From Trueperaceae bacterium (lineage in GTDB: Bacteria; Deinococcota; Deinococci; Deinococcales; Trueperaceae): a stretch of 64,000 bases of DNA. The position numbers and the translations under genes are program-made. Positions 30,140 through 40,082 of this stretch are shown piece after piece; position 1 is the first letter of the stretch; the number at the start of each line of letters is the position of its first letter. The DNA lies in contig OZ243927.1 in assembly GCA_965213925.1 (NCBI GenBank), positions 1,504,001 to 1,568,000 on the forward strand, read 5' to 3'. The notes below the pieces were generated by a model. It saw only the letters and a list, made by a program, of their open reading frames with translations. It was not told where the DNA came from and searched no databases.

Positions 30140-31870
30140 GTGATGCGACGACCTCTTTCTTTGCTTTTTCTGTGGGCGATCCACGGCGTTGCGGTGTACT
30201 ACCTCGTGCGCGAGATCGGACCCGGCGGCTTCGCCCTGGTGCTCCTTCCTACGACGCTCATCGCTTGGTACGGCGGATTGCGTTGGGGGCTCGTAGGCGG
30301 GCTCACGGGTATTACCATCAATTCGCTGGTGAGTAACCTTATCGACGGAGGCGTGTTCGACCCGCTCATCGCGCTGCACCAGGGCGGCTGGGTAGGAATC
30401 ATCGTCACGCTTTTCGTCGTGGCGGTGGTCGGGTACTTGCGCGACCTCAGGATGCGTTTGGGACGTTCCGAAAGGGAACTGCAAACTTTGAATGGGCAGC
30501 TCGAGCAGCGCGTGGAGGAGCGCACCGAGGCGCTTAGCGAGGTGAACGCGGAGCTTCAACATACCGCCTTTCACGACACGCTGACGGGCCTCGCGAACCG
30601 GGCGCTCTTTCTCGACAGGTTGGCGCACGTCTTGGAGCGGAGCAAGCGTGCTCAAGCGGGACCTTTCGCGGTGCTCTACCTGGACTTCGACCGCTTCAAA
30701 GCGGTCAACGACTCGCTCGGTCACCACGTGGGGGACGAACTGCTCGTCGCGGTTTCTAAGCGGCTCCGAAGCGTAGTGAGACCGACCGACACCGTCGCGC
30801 GGCTCGGCGGCGACGAGTTCATCTTGCTCCTGGAAGATTTGAGCAGTGAGGACGAAGCAGTCGCGGCGGCGCAGCGCGTTCAGAGCGTGCTCGCGAGCGC
30901 CCATAAGCTCCACGAGCACGACGTGCATCTCACGGCGAGCATCGGCGTCGTGACGAACAGCCCGGACTATACGCGCGCCGCCGAAATCATGCGCGACGCG
31001 GACATCGCTATGTACCGCGCGAAGGAGAAAGGTCGCGCGTGCTTCTCGGTTTTCGACCGCGCTATGCGCGAGCATTTAGAGCGCCGCATGAGCTTAGAAG
31101 CTGACCTGCGCGTCGCCGTCCAATCGGGCGACTTCGAGGTGCACTATCAGCCGATCCTCTCGCTGCAGACGGGCGAGGTCGAGAGCGTCGAGGCGCTCGT
31201 GCGCTGGACGCATCCGGTTCACGGCACGGTTTCGCCGGCTGTATTCGTGCCGATCGCTGAGGAGATGGGTTTGGTCACCAAGTTGGACCGCTGGGTACTG
31301 CGCCGCGCCCTTCAGCAGTTTGCAGCGTGGGGGGCGGAGCGAGATACGCAGATAGGGCTGAATGTGAACGTCTCGAGCCAGGGGTTCTTGCGCCCCGGTC
31401 TCGTCGCGTACGTTAGAGAGGTTCTGGCGGAAACAGGCGTCGCGGCGCAGCGGCTCAGGCTCGAGCTGACCGAAACGATGATCGTCGACGCCTCTGACGA
31501 GGTCAAAGCGACCTTGCAGGGACTTTCTGAGCTAGGCGTCCAGCTTCACATCGACGACTTCGGCACAGGTTACTCGTCCTTATCGTACCTGCAAGACTTC
31601 CCGCTCGACGTGCTCAAGATCGACCGCGCCTTTATCAACAAACTCTTCGAAGCTAAAGGGGAAGCTCTGGTGCGCACGATCATCCTCATGGCGCACACCC
31701 TGGGGCTGAGCGTCGTCGCCGAAGGCATCGAAACGTCCGAGCAGCGCGCGCGTTTACGCGACCTCGGCTGTGAGTGCGCCCAAGGATACCTCTTCGCCAA
31801 GCCGCTTCACGCACAAGAGGTCACCGCGTTTATCGCCAGGCAGGGCGAGAAGGCGGATTCGGTGGCGTGA
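30140..31870 (+). CDS. membrane-anchored GGDEF-EAL protein
   Basis: N-terminal TMs, HDTLTGLANR, intact GGDEF, EAL, DDFGTGYSSL. Confidence 0.95.
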   Translation: MMRRPLSLLFLWAIHGVAVYYLVREIGPGGFALVLLPTTLIAWYGGLRWGLVGGLTGITINSLVSNLIDGGVFDPLIALHQGGWVGIIVTLFVVAVVGYLRDLRMRLGRSERELQTLNGQLEQRVEERTEALSEVNAELQHTAFHDTLTGLANRALFLDRLAHVLERSKRAQAGPFAVLYLDFDRFKAVNDSLGHHVGDELLVAVSKRLRSVVRPTDTVARLGGDEFILLLEDLSSEDEAVAAAQRVQSVLASAHKLHEHDVHLTASIGVVTNSPDYTRAAEIMRDADIAMYRAKEKGRACFSVFDRAMREHLERRMSLEADLRVAVQSGDFEVHYQPILSLQTGEVESVEALVRWTHPVHGTVSPAVFVPIAEEMGLVTKLDRWVLRRALQQFAAWGAERDTQIGLNVNVSSQGFLRPGLVAYVREVLAETGVAAQRLRLELTETMIVDASDEVKATLQGLSELGVQLHIDDFGTGYSSLSYLQDFPLDVLKIDRAFINKLFEAKGEALVRTIILMAHTLGLSVVAEGIETSEQRARLRDLGCECAQGYLFAKPLHAQEVTAFIARQGEKADSVA

Positions 31871-31872
31871 GT

Positions 31873-33102
31873 TTAGCCCTTGTGGGCCGTTCCCAAAATC
31901 ACCCCTCCCAAAATCGCCCCTAGGAGCGTTTCGCGCACCGCCTCCACCGAAAAGTGCTGCGCTTGCCGCTGCCGCGCCGCTTTCGACATCTGCGCGTACG
32001 TCTCGGGCTGCTCCAGCACTTGAGTGAGACGCCGCGCCGCGCTCTGCGGGTCGTCTAAGGTCCAGTAACGTCCCTCGACACCATCCCGAAAGACCTCGGG
32101 CACGCCGCCCACAGGCACGGCAAAAACGGGTTTGCCTACCGCCATCGCCTCCAGCAAAACGATGCCGAAACTTTCCATGTGCGCGGCGTGGACGTAGGCG
32201 CGGTGCTCGGGGATGAGGGTCCAGGCTCGGGGCACTGCGCCCGTGAAGGAGACGAAGTCGCGCAGGCCCAAGCTGTCGGTAAGCTCCTCTAACCTCTTTC
32301 GCTCTGAGCCGTCGCCGACGACGCTGAGGCGGTAAGGATGCCCCGCTGCGTGCGCGGCGGCTAAAACGCGGAGCAAAAAGGCTTGATTCTTGCGCGGCTC
32401 CAGCGTTCCTATCGTGATGAGGTCGGCGGTGACGGGTCGCGGCTCCGCGTCCGTGCGCGGCACGAAATTCGGCACGACGTAGCGCGGCACTTTGTAAATT
32501 TCAGGGACGACCTCGAGGACCTGCTCTTCCATGAAGTGAGAGACGAAAACCAGGCGGTCCATACGCGGCAAAACGCGCCGGTCGCGCATGGTCATCTGCT
32601 CGTACAAGCGCCCACCCCTCCGAATCGCCCCTTTGCCGACCCACTCCTCCGCCGCCGAGAGGTTGACGTGAACCGCCAAAACGATTTCCAGGTCGTACCC
32701 TTCATCTCGGAGCGAGAGCGCCGCCTCCGCGCTCACGGGGTCTTGGGCGTAGATGAGGGCGGGCGTGCCGGGCTCCAACCTCTTCCTTAGCGCGCGGCGC
32801 ATCAGGAAGAGGCGGGCGCGTTCGTAGTACCAAGCGTGAAGAGGACCGGAGAGTTTTTCCAGCCCTTTCCCAGTGCCAAGTATAGGGTAGGTTAGTAAGG
32901 GAGAGACGCTAAAGGGCGAGACGACCTCCGCGTGAATGCCGACCTCTTTTGCGACGTCTAAAAGGACGTGGAAGTGCTTCTGAATCCCGCCTATCGTCCC
33001 CGTCGGGCGGTGCAAGGTGGCGACGATGATAGGTCTGATAAACGAGGTCTTACTGATCCCTTCATTCTCAGCGATTTGGTTGACGACCTCATTGGTCGTC
33101 AT
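31873..33102 (-). CDS. glycosyltransferase family 4
   Basis: GTLEPRKN, ESFGIVLLEAMA (EX7E), VGGVPEV. Confidence 0.93.
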   Translation of the reverse strand: MTTNEVVNQIAENEGISKTSFIRPIIVATLHRPTGTIGGIQKHFHVLLDVAKEVGIHAEVVSPFSVSPLLTYPILGTGKGLEKLSGPLHAWYYERARLFLMRRALRKRLEPGTPALIYAQDPVSAEAALSLRDEGYDLEIVLAVHVNLSAAEEWVGKGAIRRGGRLYEQMTMRDRRVLPRMDRLVFVSHFMEEQVLEVVPEIYKVPRYVVPNFVPRTDAEPRPVTADLITIGTLEPRKNQAFLLRVLAAAHAAGHPYRLSVVGDGSERKRLEELTDSLGLRDFVSFTGAVPRAWTLIPEHRAYVHAAHMESFGIVLLEAMAVGKPVFAVPVGGVPEVFRDGVEGRYWTLDDPQSAARRLTQVLEQPETYAQMSKAARQRQAQHFSVEAVRETLLGAILGGVILGTAHKG

Positions 33103-33134
33103 GAATTTAGGTAGTAGAACTTAGAAGTATTAGA

Positions 33135-33492
33135 TACACTGTCAGATAAATAATGAAACATGTCATTCTGTTCACGAAGTCGGGCGTCAAGCCTTGCGGA
33201 ACGAAGTGGAGAGAAAGAATCTCTGCATTTGCCTCCTTGTCTAACAGAGATTGCAAGACGAGACCCCTCGGCTGCGCTCGGGGTGACAACAGTGATGCAA
33301 ATCTTTGTTGACAGTGTAGCAAATACACTGTCAACTAAAGAAAGAGTGATGTCATTCTGAACGGAGCGACAGCGGAGTGAAAGAATCTCTGACCGCCTTC
33401 TCCTTAGTGAGAGATTGAAAGGCGAGACCCCTCGACTGCGCTGCGCTTCGCTCGGGGTGACAACAGTGTCGCAAAACTTAGTTGACAGTTTA
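33135..33492. mobile_element. two tandem copies of a MITE-like element (33135-33318, 33324-33492)
   Basis: Terminal IRs TACACTGTCA...TGACAGT(G/T)TA; shared core TGTCATTCTG...GAAAGAATCTC...GAGACCCCTCG...CTCGGGGTGACAACAGTG. Confidence 0.8.
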
Positions 33493-33594
33493 GTAAATCC
33501 GATGCTAGGTAAAGAATGAGTCATATCATTATTCTGCCTTCTGATTTTCTACGCAGCGCCGAACTATCCTCAACCTATTCTACTCACACAACGC

Positions 33595-35064
33595 CTAACG
33601 TGCGCCGTTGGGTTTGACGACGACTTGCACCGTCTCGCAGAGCAGGATGAAGTCCCACCAAACCGACCAGTTGCGCACGTAGTGTTCCTCCATCCAGAGC
33701 CGCTCCTCGAAGCGCACGTTGTTGCGCTCTGAAACCTGCCAGTGACCCGTCATGCCCGGCTTCGCCTCGAAGACGATGTGGTTGGTTTTGGGGATGTTGG
33801 CGAGTTCTTCTAAGAGGTAGGGGCGCGGTCCGACTAGGCTCATCTCGCCGACGAAGACGTTGAGGAGTTGCGGCAGTTCGTCCAGGCTGTATTTGCGCAG
33901 CACCCGGCCGGCTGAGGTGACGCGCGGGTCGTCCTGGAGTTTATGAAATAGCTCGTATTCGGCGCGGTACCTGGGGTCACGCTCGAAGAGGTGCTGAAGC
34001 TGCGTTTCGGCGTCTACGTGCATACTCCGGAACTTAAAGCAGCGAAAAGGCGCGCCGCGCTGACCGACGCGCTGGCTGCGGTAGAGCGCGGGTCCGGGGC
34101 TGCCCAAACGAATCCAGAGGTAGATCGCCGCGAGTACCGGAAACAAAAAGAGGAGGGCGAGCCCTGAGCCCACGATGTCCACCGTGCGCTTTACGCTCCG
34201 GTTGAGGCTCGAGCTTAGATTGTTTCTGACGTTTAGAGTCATCATGTTATGCAGCCCGCTGGCGTAGCGCTTCGTGGTCTCTAAGCTCGAGAGGTCGGAA
34301 ATGAACTTGAGCTTTTTAGGGACGCCCCCGTCCCTGCCCACCGTGAGTTTGAGCCCGTGGTCGGGTAGCCCGGTGTGGGTCACGAACACGTGTTTGAGCC
34401 CGCGGCTCTCGATGTAGTGCTCCGCGTCCGCCAAGGTGCCTCTCACCGGCACCCCCGCGAGGCTGCGCCCGGCACTCTCGGGGTTGTGGTCGAAGAACGC
34501 GACGGGGTTAAAGCCGACTAAGGGGCGCGACTGCATCACCTCCGCGACGAGCTTGCCCGTCGTGTTCGCGCCGATGATGACCACGGGCATGCCCCAAACG
34601 CCTAAGGAGAGGAGCAGGCGCTTGGTGACGTACTTGAGCACCGGGCTTATCACCATGCCGATGGTCGTAGCTAGGACCGTAAACGTCACGGGTAAGAGGA
34701 TGAATTCGCTGACGAACAAGCTGATGCCTAAAATAATAAACCCGACGTAAAAGGTGCCGACGACCTGCTTTCTGAGGTGCTGAATCGCGGTGATGCCGTA
34801 GCCCGGATAGAGCCCTTCGCGCAGGTACATGAGCGGCCATAAAAGCAGAAAAAAGAGGGTCGCGCGGCCCGCCGAGACGATGACGCTGCTGGGCGCGCCG
34901 AATAAGATGTGGATATAGTCAGCGGCGAGAATCGCGAGTAGCGCGCTCGTCAAGTCGGTGACGACGAGCGCGCTAATGACCGAAGAAGAGCGCAGAGTGA
35001 GTAGGCTCGAGCGCTTTCTCGCCCTGCTGGAACGCCAAGTCAAATTTTTGAACGGTTGTAGCAT
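33595..35064 (-). CDS. polyprenyl-phosphate sugar phosphotransferase (WbaP-like)
   Basis: TM bundle + Rossmann-like domain + [31 protein letters not shown]. Confidence 0.93.
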   Translation of the reverse strand: MLQPFKNLTWRSSRARKRSSLLTLRSSSVISALVVTDLTSALLAILAADYIHILFGAPSSVIVSAGRATLFFLLLWPLMYLREGLYPGYGITAIQHLRKQVVGTFYVGFIILGISLFVSEFILLPVTFTVLATTIGMVISPVLKYVTKRLLLSLGVWGMPVVIIGANTTGKLVAEVMQSRPLVGFNPVAFFDHNPESAGRSLAGVPVRGTLADAEHYIESRGLKHVFVTHTGLPDHGLKLTVGRDGGVPKKLKFISDLSSLETTKRYASGLHNMMTLNVRNNLSSSLNRSVKRTVDIVGSGLALLFLFPVLAAIYLWIRLGSPGPALYRSQRVGQRGAPFRCFKFRSMHVDAETQLQHLFERDPRYRAEYELFHKLQDDPRVTSAGRVLRKYSLDELPQLLNVFVGEMSLVGPRPYLLEELANIPKTNHIVFEAKPGMTGHWQVSERNNVRFEERLWMEEHYVRNWSVWWDFILLCETVQVVVKPNGAR

Positions 35065-35253
35065 AATTGCCCCTCGCCGTAGCCACTAAATAAACCGTGC
35101 GTTCACGTAGCGCGCAAGTGCGCGCGCCGCTATTCGTGCCTGATTCGCTGATTAGGTTAAGGGCTGGAAAGGTGTTGACGCTTAGGAATATGCCACCCAA
35201 AAGGTGTGTTTGAACAGCTCCCCTCTGTTCTGGTGTTGCCCCCCTTGTATTGG

Positions 35254-35269
35254 TGTGAGAAACTTCACG
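35254..35269. promoter_or_regulatory. CRP-family-like box
   Basis: TGTGA-GAAACT-TCACG upstream of the wbaP-like gene. Confidence 0.4.
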
Positions 35270-35530
35270 GTTGCTCTCACATTTGGAGTCTATAACAGGT
35301 CGCGCGCCGGATGCAACTGTTCACGCTGCGGGGTGAAAAAATGTGAAGTGTAAAGTAAAAACCGAACGCGCATGCGCTTTTTGCCTTACACTTCGTGTTC
35401 ACAGAGGGCTTGCTCCCGGCGCACTACCCTACCTCTTGCGGTCTGTCGCGCGCCGCGCTCATTCCTGCTTATCTTAACGCGCGTGGTGTCATGAGAGGTT
35501 CAGCTTGGAGCGCGCAGATGCGTCCTAGCG

Positions 35531-37016
35531 CTACGAACTCTCCGAAACCGCGAGCTGAGACCCCTCGCGCAGACCGTTGGGTACGGGGTAGACCACCTGC
35601 GTGCCGGGGCTCAGACCGTTCACGGCGACCCTACCTTCGACTTCGGCGAGCACCTCGACCTCTTGACGAACGGCGACGCTTCCCTCCGCGTCCTCGCCCT
35701 CTCCCCCGGCTCCCGCTTCGACCACGTAGACGAACGTCTCGCCGACCTCGCTCTGCACCGCACCTGCGGGCAAGAGGGTGCCCTCAGCGGCTTTATAGGC
35801 GTAAGGGAGCTGCGTGACGACGCCGTTAGGGATTTGGGTCTGCGAGCCGTAGAAGCGGGCGGTGATTTCGACGAGCTGCGTTTCGGGGTTCACGCGGCTC
35901 TGACTCAGCACCTTCGCGCCGTAGTCGAGGCCGCCATACTTGATGTAGAGGATGCCCTGCTCCACGACGCGCTCCGCAACGTCCAGCGGCACGTTGAAGC
36001 GGGCGACCTGCTCGGCGTTATTGGCGAGCCGAAAGACCGGCACGCCGCCCTGCACGCTCTCGCCCTCCTCGACGAGCATCTCGATGATTTCGCCCGAGAA
36101 GGGGGCGCGGATGGTGGCGGCTTGCAGGGCTTGGCGTATCCTGGCGAGCCGCGTCTGCGCCTGCCCCAAGGTGAGGCGCAAAATCTCCAAGCCTTCACCC
36201 GACGCGCGCTGGCTTCTCGCGACCGCGTTCTGCGCGTCGCTGTAAACGGTCTCTGCTTGGACGAACTGCGCTTCTAAGTTCGTGAGTTCGGCTAGGGAGA
36301 TGAAGCCTTCGGCGTAGAGTTGCTGCGCTTCGGTGTAGCGCTGGCGGGCGGCGTTTAGGGTCACTTCGGCGCTGCGCAGCCCCGAAGTTGCCCTGGTTTG
36401 CTCCTCTCTGGTTCGCCTGCTGCGCCTGCTGCAACGCGACGCGGGCGCTCTCGACCTCTAGGACTGTGTTTTGCTCCTCTAGCTCTAACGTGTCCGTGTC
36501 CAAGATGATGACGGGTTCGCCTTCGGCGACCTGCGCGTCTTTGCGCTTCAAGATGTTCAGCACGCGCCCGTCCGTGCCCGCCGCGATGCGGCTCTCCTGG
36601 GCGGGCTCGACGATAACCGAGGTCACGCGCGTCGCGTTGAGCGCGCCCGCCTCGGCGACGACGACCTCGACGGGGCGCGCTTGGGGTTGCAGTTGGGCGT
36701 CTTGAGATTCTGAGCCTGACGACTCCTCTTGCGCCCGCGCCACGCCGACAAGCTCGGCCGCGCTGCGCGGCAAAACTTCGCCCGGGTCGTCTTGCGCGAC
36801 CCCAATCGCGTCTACCTCGCCCCCGTCTATCTCGCCCCCGTCTATCTTGGCTGCGTCTAGCTGCTGTACTGGTTCGCTGACCTGCTCCTCTTGAACGCCA
36901 GCGCGTAAACCGGGCACCGCGCTGTCCTGGCGCAGCCACAAGCTAGCGAGCAGCCCTAAACCTATGAAGGTGCCCAAGAGCAGAAATAGACGAAAGCGCA
37001 CCCTATACCCCATCAT
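35531..37016 (-). pseudogene. efflux periplasmic adaptor (membrane fusion protein), frameshifted near 36390
   Basis: N-terminal TM and lipoyl half in the 36195..37016 frame; helical hairpin and IRAPFSG in the 35531..36364 frame; removing one G in a G run joins them. Confidence 0.8.
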
Positions 37017-37081
37017 TCTCCACCTCCACTGACCTCATCCGTTCTCCCTACCGCTCTCCACTGCCTGAACCGTTGCTTAAG

Positions 37082-38161
37082 TTATCTCGGGTTATTCGCG
37101 TCGCCGCCCGAACCGCTCTGCGGGGCTAAGCCCGTCGGCTCGACTTCGTCCAAGCCCGTCAGCTCGGTGAGTGAGCCCGCTTGAAGCGCCAAGAGCGCGC
37201 TCAGGTACGCGCTGCGCGCCGCTAACGCCTCGAACTCGGCTTCGTGAAAGGCAACCTCGGTCTGCTGCAGCTCGAGCTGGGAGACGAGCCCCGCTTCCAG
37301 GCGGTTTTGCTGCGCGGCGAGCCGCTCGCGCGCGTTCGTCAGCCGGTCCTGCGCGACCTCGTACGCCGTGCGCGTCGTCTGCGCCTGCGAGTAGAGGTCG
37401 CGCACGGTGAGCGCGTAGTCGCGCGAGACCTCCTGCGCGGTCTCCTGGGCCGCCTCTAAACGCACGCCCGCGCTCTGAATCTCGGAGCGCGGCGTGAACA
37501 TCGGGTCCAAGAGGTCGCTGCCGAGTTCGGCTAGCTCGAGGGCTTGACGCGCCTCTAAGACCGTAGGGTGAGACTCGGCGGTCGTAAGGACGCGCTCCAA
37601 GGGCGGCACGCTGACCAGCGCCGCGTCGGGGATAGGCTCTAGCGCTTCTAGCGTCACGCTCTGTTCCAGGAGTCCGTTGAGGCGGCGCTGCGCCAAGTTG
37701 AGCGTCTCTTGCGCGGCGCTCTGCGCCTGCTGCGAACCCTCCAACGCGGTCTGCGCCTCCTGCAGGTCGAGAGTGGTCGCTGTGCCGTTCGCCAGGCGAA
37801 TCTCGGCGGCGCGCACGAGCTGCGCGTTTAAGGACACGCGCCGGCTCGCAAGCTCCGCCTCCTGCCGCGCCTGAAGCGCGTTCGCGTACGCGCTGCCGAC
37901 CTCGGCCAAGCTCCCATAGTACGCCCGCTCGTACGCTGCTTGCGCCAGCTCGAAGCGCTGCCGCGCCGCCTCGACTTCGGGGCGCAGGGCGAGCGGGTCC
38001 GCCTCGCGGCGCGTCAAGTTGACGCGCGCCTCGTCGAGTTCCAACTGCGCGGTCAGGACGCCGGGGCGCTCGGCGATGCTCTCCAGTGCCTCCTCCAAGG
38101 TCAGCGCGAGCGTCCACGTGCCGAAGATGAAAACTAACAGGGTGAGGAGGACTCGCGTCAC
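37082..38161 (-). CDS. TolC-family outer-membrane efflux protein
   Basis: Signal peptide, two helical repeats with RLANG.ATTLDL and RLEAGLVSQLEL. Confidence 0.8.
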   Translation of the reverse strand: MTRVLLTLLVFIFGTWTLALTLEEALESIAERPGVLTAQLELDEARVNLTRREADPLALRPEVEAARQRFELAQAAYERAYYGSLAEVGSAYANALQARQEAELASRRVSLNAQLVRAAEIRLANGTATTLDLQEAQTALEGSQQAQSAAQETLNLAQRRLNGLLEQSVTLEALEPIPDAALVSVPPLERVLTTAESHPTVLEARQALELAELGSDLLDPMFTPRSEIQSAGVRLEAAQETAQEVSRDYALTVRDLYSQAQTTRTAYEVAQDRLTNARERLAAQQNRLEAGLVSQLELQQTEVAFHEAEFEALAARSAYLSALLALQAGSLTELTGLDEVEPTGLAPQSGSGGDANNPR

Positions 38162-39477
38162 GGTCTCGCTCCAGCGGTGAGGCTCGAGGGCGGCAGCGCG
38201 TAGAACTCATAGAGGTCGAAGCGGGCGCTCTGCAGGGCTAGGCGCGCGTTCTGCAAGTCCTGCCCCGCCTCGGTCACGGCGACGGCGGCCTGCTGTGTCT
38301 CCAGGGGTAAGCTCAGCCCGAGTTCCTCGCGCGACTGGGTTTCTTCAAGGGTCTGCTGCGCGTTTTCGAAGCCTCGCCTCGCCAGGTCTAAACTGCGCTG
38401 CGCGCTCGCGAGCGCGTTGTCTAAGCCGACGCGCTCGAGCTGCGAACGCTCCACCACGTTCTGCAAGGCTGCCTCGGCCCGCTGCACTTCGCCCTGCGCC
38501 ACATCTACCGCACCGAAGTCGCTAAGCGCGACATCGTACGAGACCTCCAGGCGAAAGCCCGTGTCCACGCCGTTGCTCGTGTAGCTGTAGCCGACGCGCG
38601 GCGCGAATGCCGACGTACTCACCGAGGTCGTGAGCGCGTTGCGCGCGTCGAGTTCCAGGTTGTAACGCGCCACCACGACGGGCAAGAGGTTGCGCCGCGC
38701 CGCGCCGACGCTGACCTGGTTGAGTGCGATCTCATTTTGCGCGCGCGCCACCGCGAGCGGCGCGTCCGCTTCGGGGACGGGGTACTCGGGCAGCGCGCCG
38801 AGCCGCGCGTCGCCCACGAACGTCTCCAAGCGGAGCGCGGCGAGCGTGAGCGCGTCCTCGGCGTCCGCGCGGAGGTTCTGCGCCGCGCTGACACCGAGTT
38901 CGGCGTCGCGCAGTTCGGGCGGGTTGGCGACGCCGCGCTCTAGGCGCACCCGGACGGCGTCTCTCGAGCCCTCCGCCACGACCACGCCCTCTCGCGCCGC
39001 TTGCACCGACTCCTCGGCGAGCTGTAAGCGCCAAGCAGCCTCCAACGCCTCGACCTCTAAGCTGGTGAGCGCCTCGTTGTAGTCGAGCTGCGCTTGCGCC
39101 AGCGCCAACTCGCTCCGGCGTACGGTGTCGGCGTTTTCGCCGTACAAGAAGGGGCGAAAGACCGCGTTCGTTTCTACGGTAAGGGTCGGGTCGTCCGCGG
39201 GCGGGTCGGGGTTCAGCGCGCTACTGATCTGCAGCCCAAAGGGGTCATACGCCTGACGCAGCCGCGCCTCAGCCAAGGCGAGCGAGGTCTGCGCCGCTTG
39301 CAAGCCGGGGTAGTCCCGGAGCGCCGCGAAAAATTCGAGGTTGCCCTGCGCCGCCCCCACGCCCATTCCCGAGAGCGCTGTCACCATCAGGACGAAGAGG
39401 AGGGGGCGCGCCGGGTTCGCCGCCGTTCGCTCTCGCGTCACTCTAAGCGGTAGAAGTTTGGTAAGTCTCGATTTCAA
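38158..39477 (-). CDS. TolC-family outer-membrane efflux protein
   Basis: Signal peptide, RLERGVANPPEL and REELGLSLPLET repeats, beta-strand segment; 4-nt overlap with the next gene. Confidence 0.8.
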   Translation of the reverse strand: MKSRLTKLLPLRVTRERTAANPARPLLFVLMVTALSGMGVGAAQGNLEFFAALRDYPGLQAAQTSLALAEARLRQAYDPFGLQISSALNPDPPADDPTLTVETNAVFRPFLYGENADTVRRSELALAQAQLDYNEALTSLEVEALEAAWRLQLAEESVQAAREGVVVAEGSRDAVRVRLERGVANPPELRDAELGVSAAQNLRADAEDALTLAALRLETFVGDARLGALPEYPVPEADAPLAVARAQNEIALNQVSVGAARRNLLPVVVARYNLELDARNALTTSVSTSAFAPRVGYSYTSNGVDTGFRLEVSYDVALSDFGAVDVAQGEVQRAEAALQNVVERSQLERVGLDNALASAQRSLDLARRGFENAQQTLEETQSREELGLSLPLETQQAAVAVTEAGQDLQNARLALQSARFDLYEFYALPPSSLTAGARP

Positions 39478-39597
39478 AAGGTTGCCTCTCTAACATTCGT
39501 CATGTTCGCCAGAAACGCGATGTCGATGTAAGGGCTTGATTGCGGCTCAGGTGCGCTTTGGATGTGGCTCAAACTCGAGGGCTCTTCAACGCGAGCT

Positions 39598-39613
39598 TGG
39601 GAGAAATCTCACA
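39598..39613. promoter_or_regulatory. CRP-family-like box
   Basis: TGGGA-GAAATC-TCACA upstream of the tolC operon. Confidence 0.35.
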
Positions 39614-39918
39614 CCCAAGGCCATCTTATAATGAGGTCGGCGCATAGATGCAAAGGGTGAGGAAGCGTGGGGGCAGGATTCACTGTCCACAGACACGTGC
39701 TGACACGTAGCCGCGCTACGTGACTATACTACGCACGCTATGAGGGTGTCCTCATGGATTGATGAAGCGTTGGTGAAAATACTTAGAGCGCGGCGGATTT
39801 GCTACACTACCTCTTGTGAACACGCTGACGCCACACCTCCCACCAGGACGACCTAAGTGTCGCTGTAGTGTAACTCCCTAAGAGGTAAATCGCCGCGTTT
39901 ATGCAACCCATACGACCT

Positions 39919-39946
39919 AAGAGGGAAGCCCGCGCTTCCCTCTTTT
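39919..39946 (+). terminator. intrinsic terminator-like hairpin upstream of hen1
   Basis: AAGAGGGAAGC-CCGC-GCTTCCCTCTT followed by T residues. Confidence 0.6.
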
Positions 39947-40055
39947 CATTGACTGTCGCCACGTTCTACGAGACCTCGGCGCACAATCCGAGCGTGTGAC
40001 CGAGGCGGTAGCGAGGCAGTCCGCCCGGCGTACGCTAGATAGATAAGCTAGATGA

Positions 40056-40072
40056 ATACGTTTAGAACAAAA
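40056..40072. promoter_or_regulatory. RDRM-like (DdrO operator-like) palindrome
   Basis: ATACGT-TTAGA-ACAAAA, just downstream of TAAGCT (40045-40050) and 10 nt before the hen1 ATG. Confidence 0.4.
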
Positions 40073-40082
40073 AGGAAACACC

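Noticed and set aside
29969..31075. 368-aa minus-strand ORF
   Set aside because: Antisense shadow of the GGDEF-EAL gene, typical of high-GC codon bias
33099..33524. 141-aa ORF with an internal repeat
   Set aside because: Translation of the two tandem MITE-like copies; no protein-like features
37092..38210. 372-aa Arg/Gly-rich ORF
   Set aside because: Off-frame overlap with the TolC gene; composition typical of GC-rich alternative frames
39740..39856. 38-aa ORF MRVSSWIDEALVKIL... as a leader peptide
   Set aside because: No RBS or recognisable features; overlaps the structured region
39788..40021. Known riboswitch, 6S RNA or Y RNA
   Set aside because: I could not match SAM, cobalamin, c-di-GMP, 6S or tRNA-like consensus elements by eye; kept only as an unknown structured candidate
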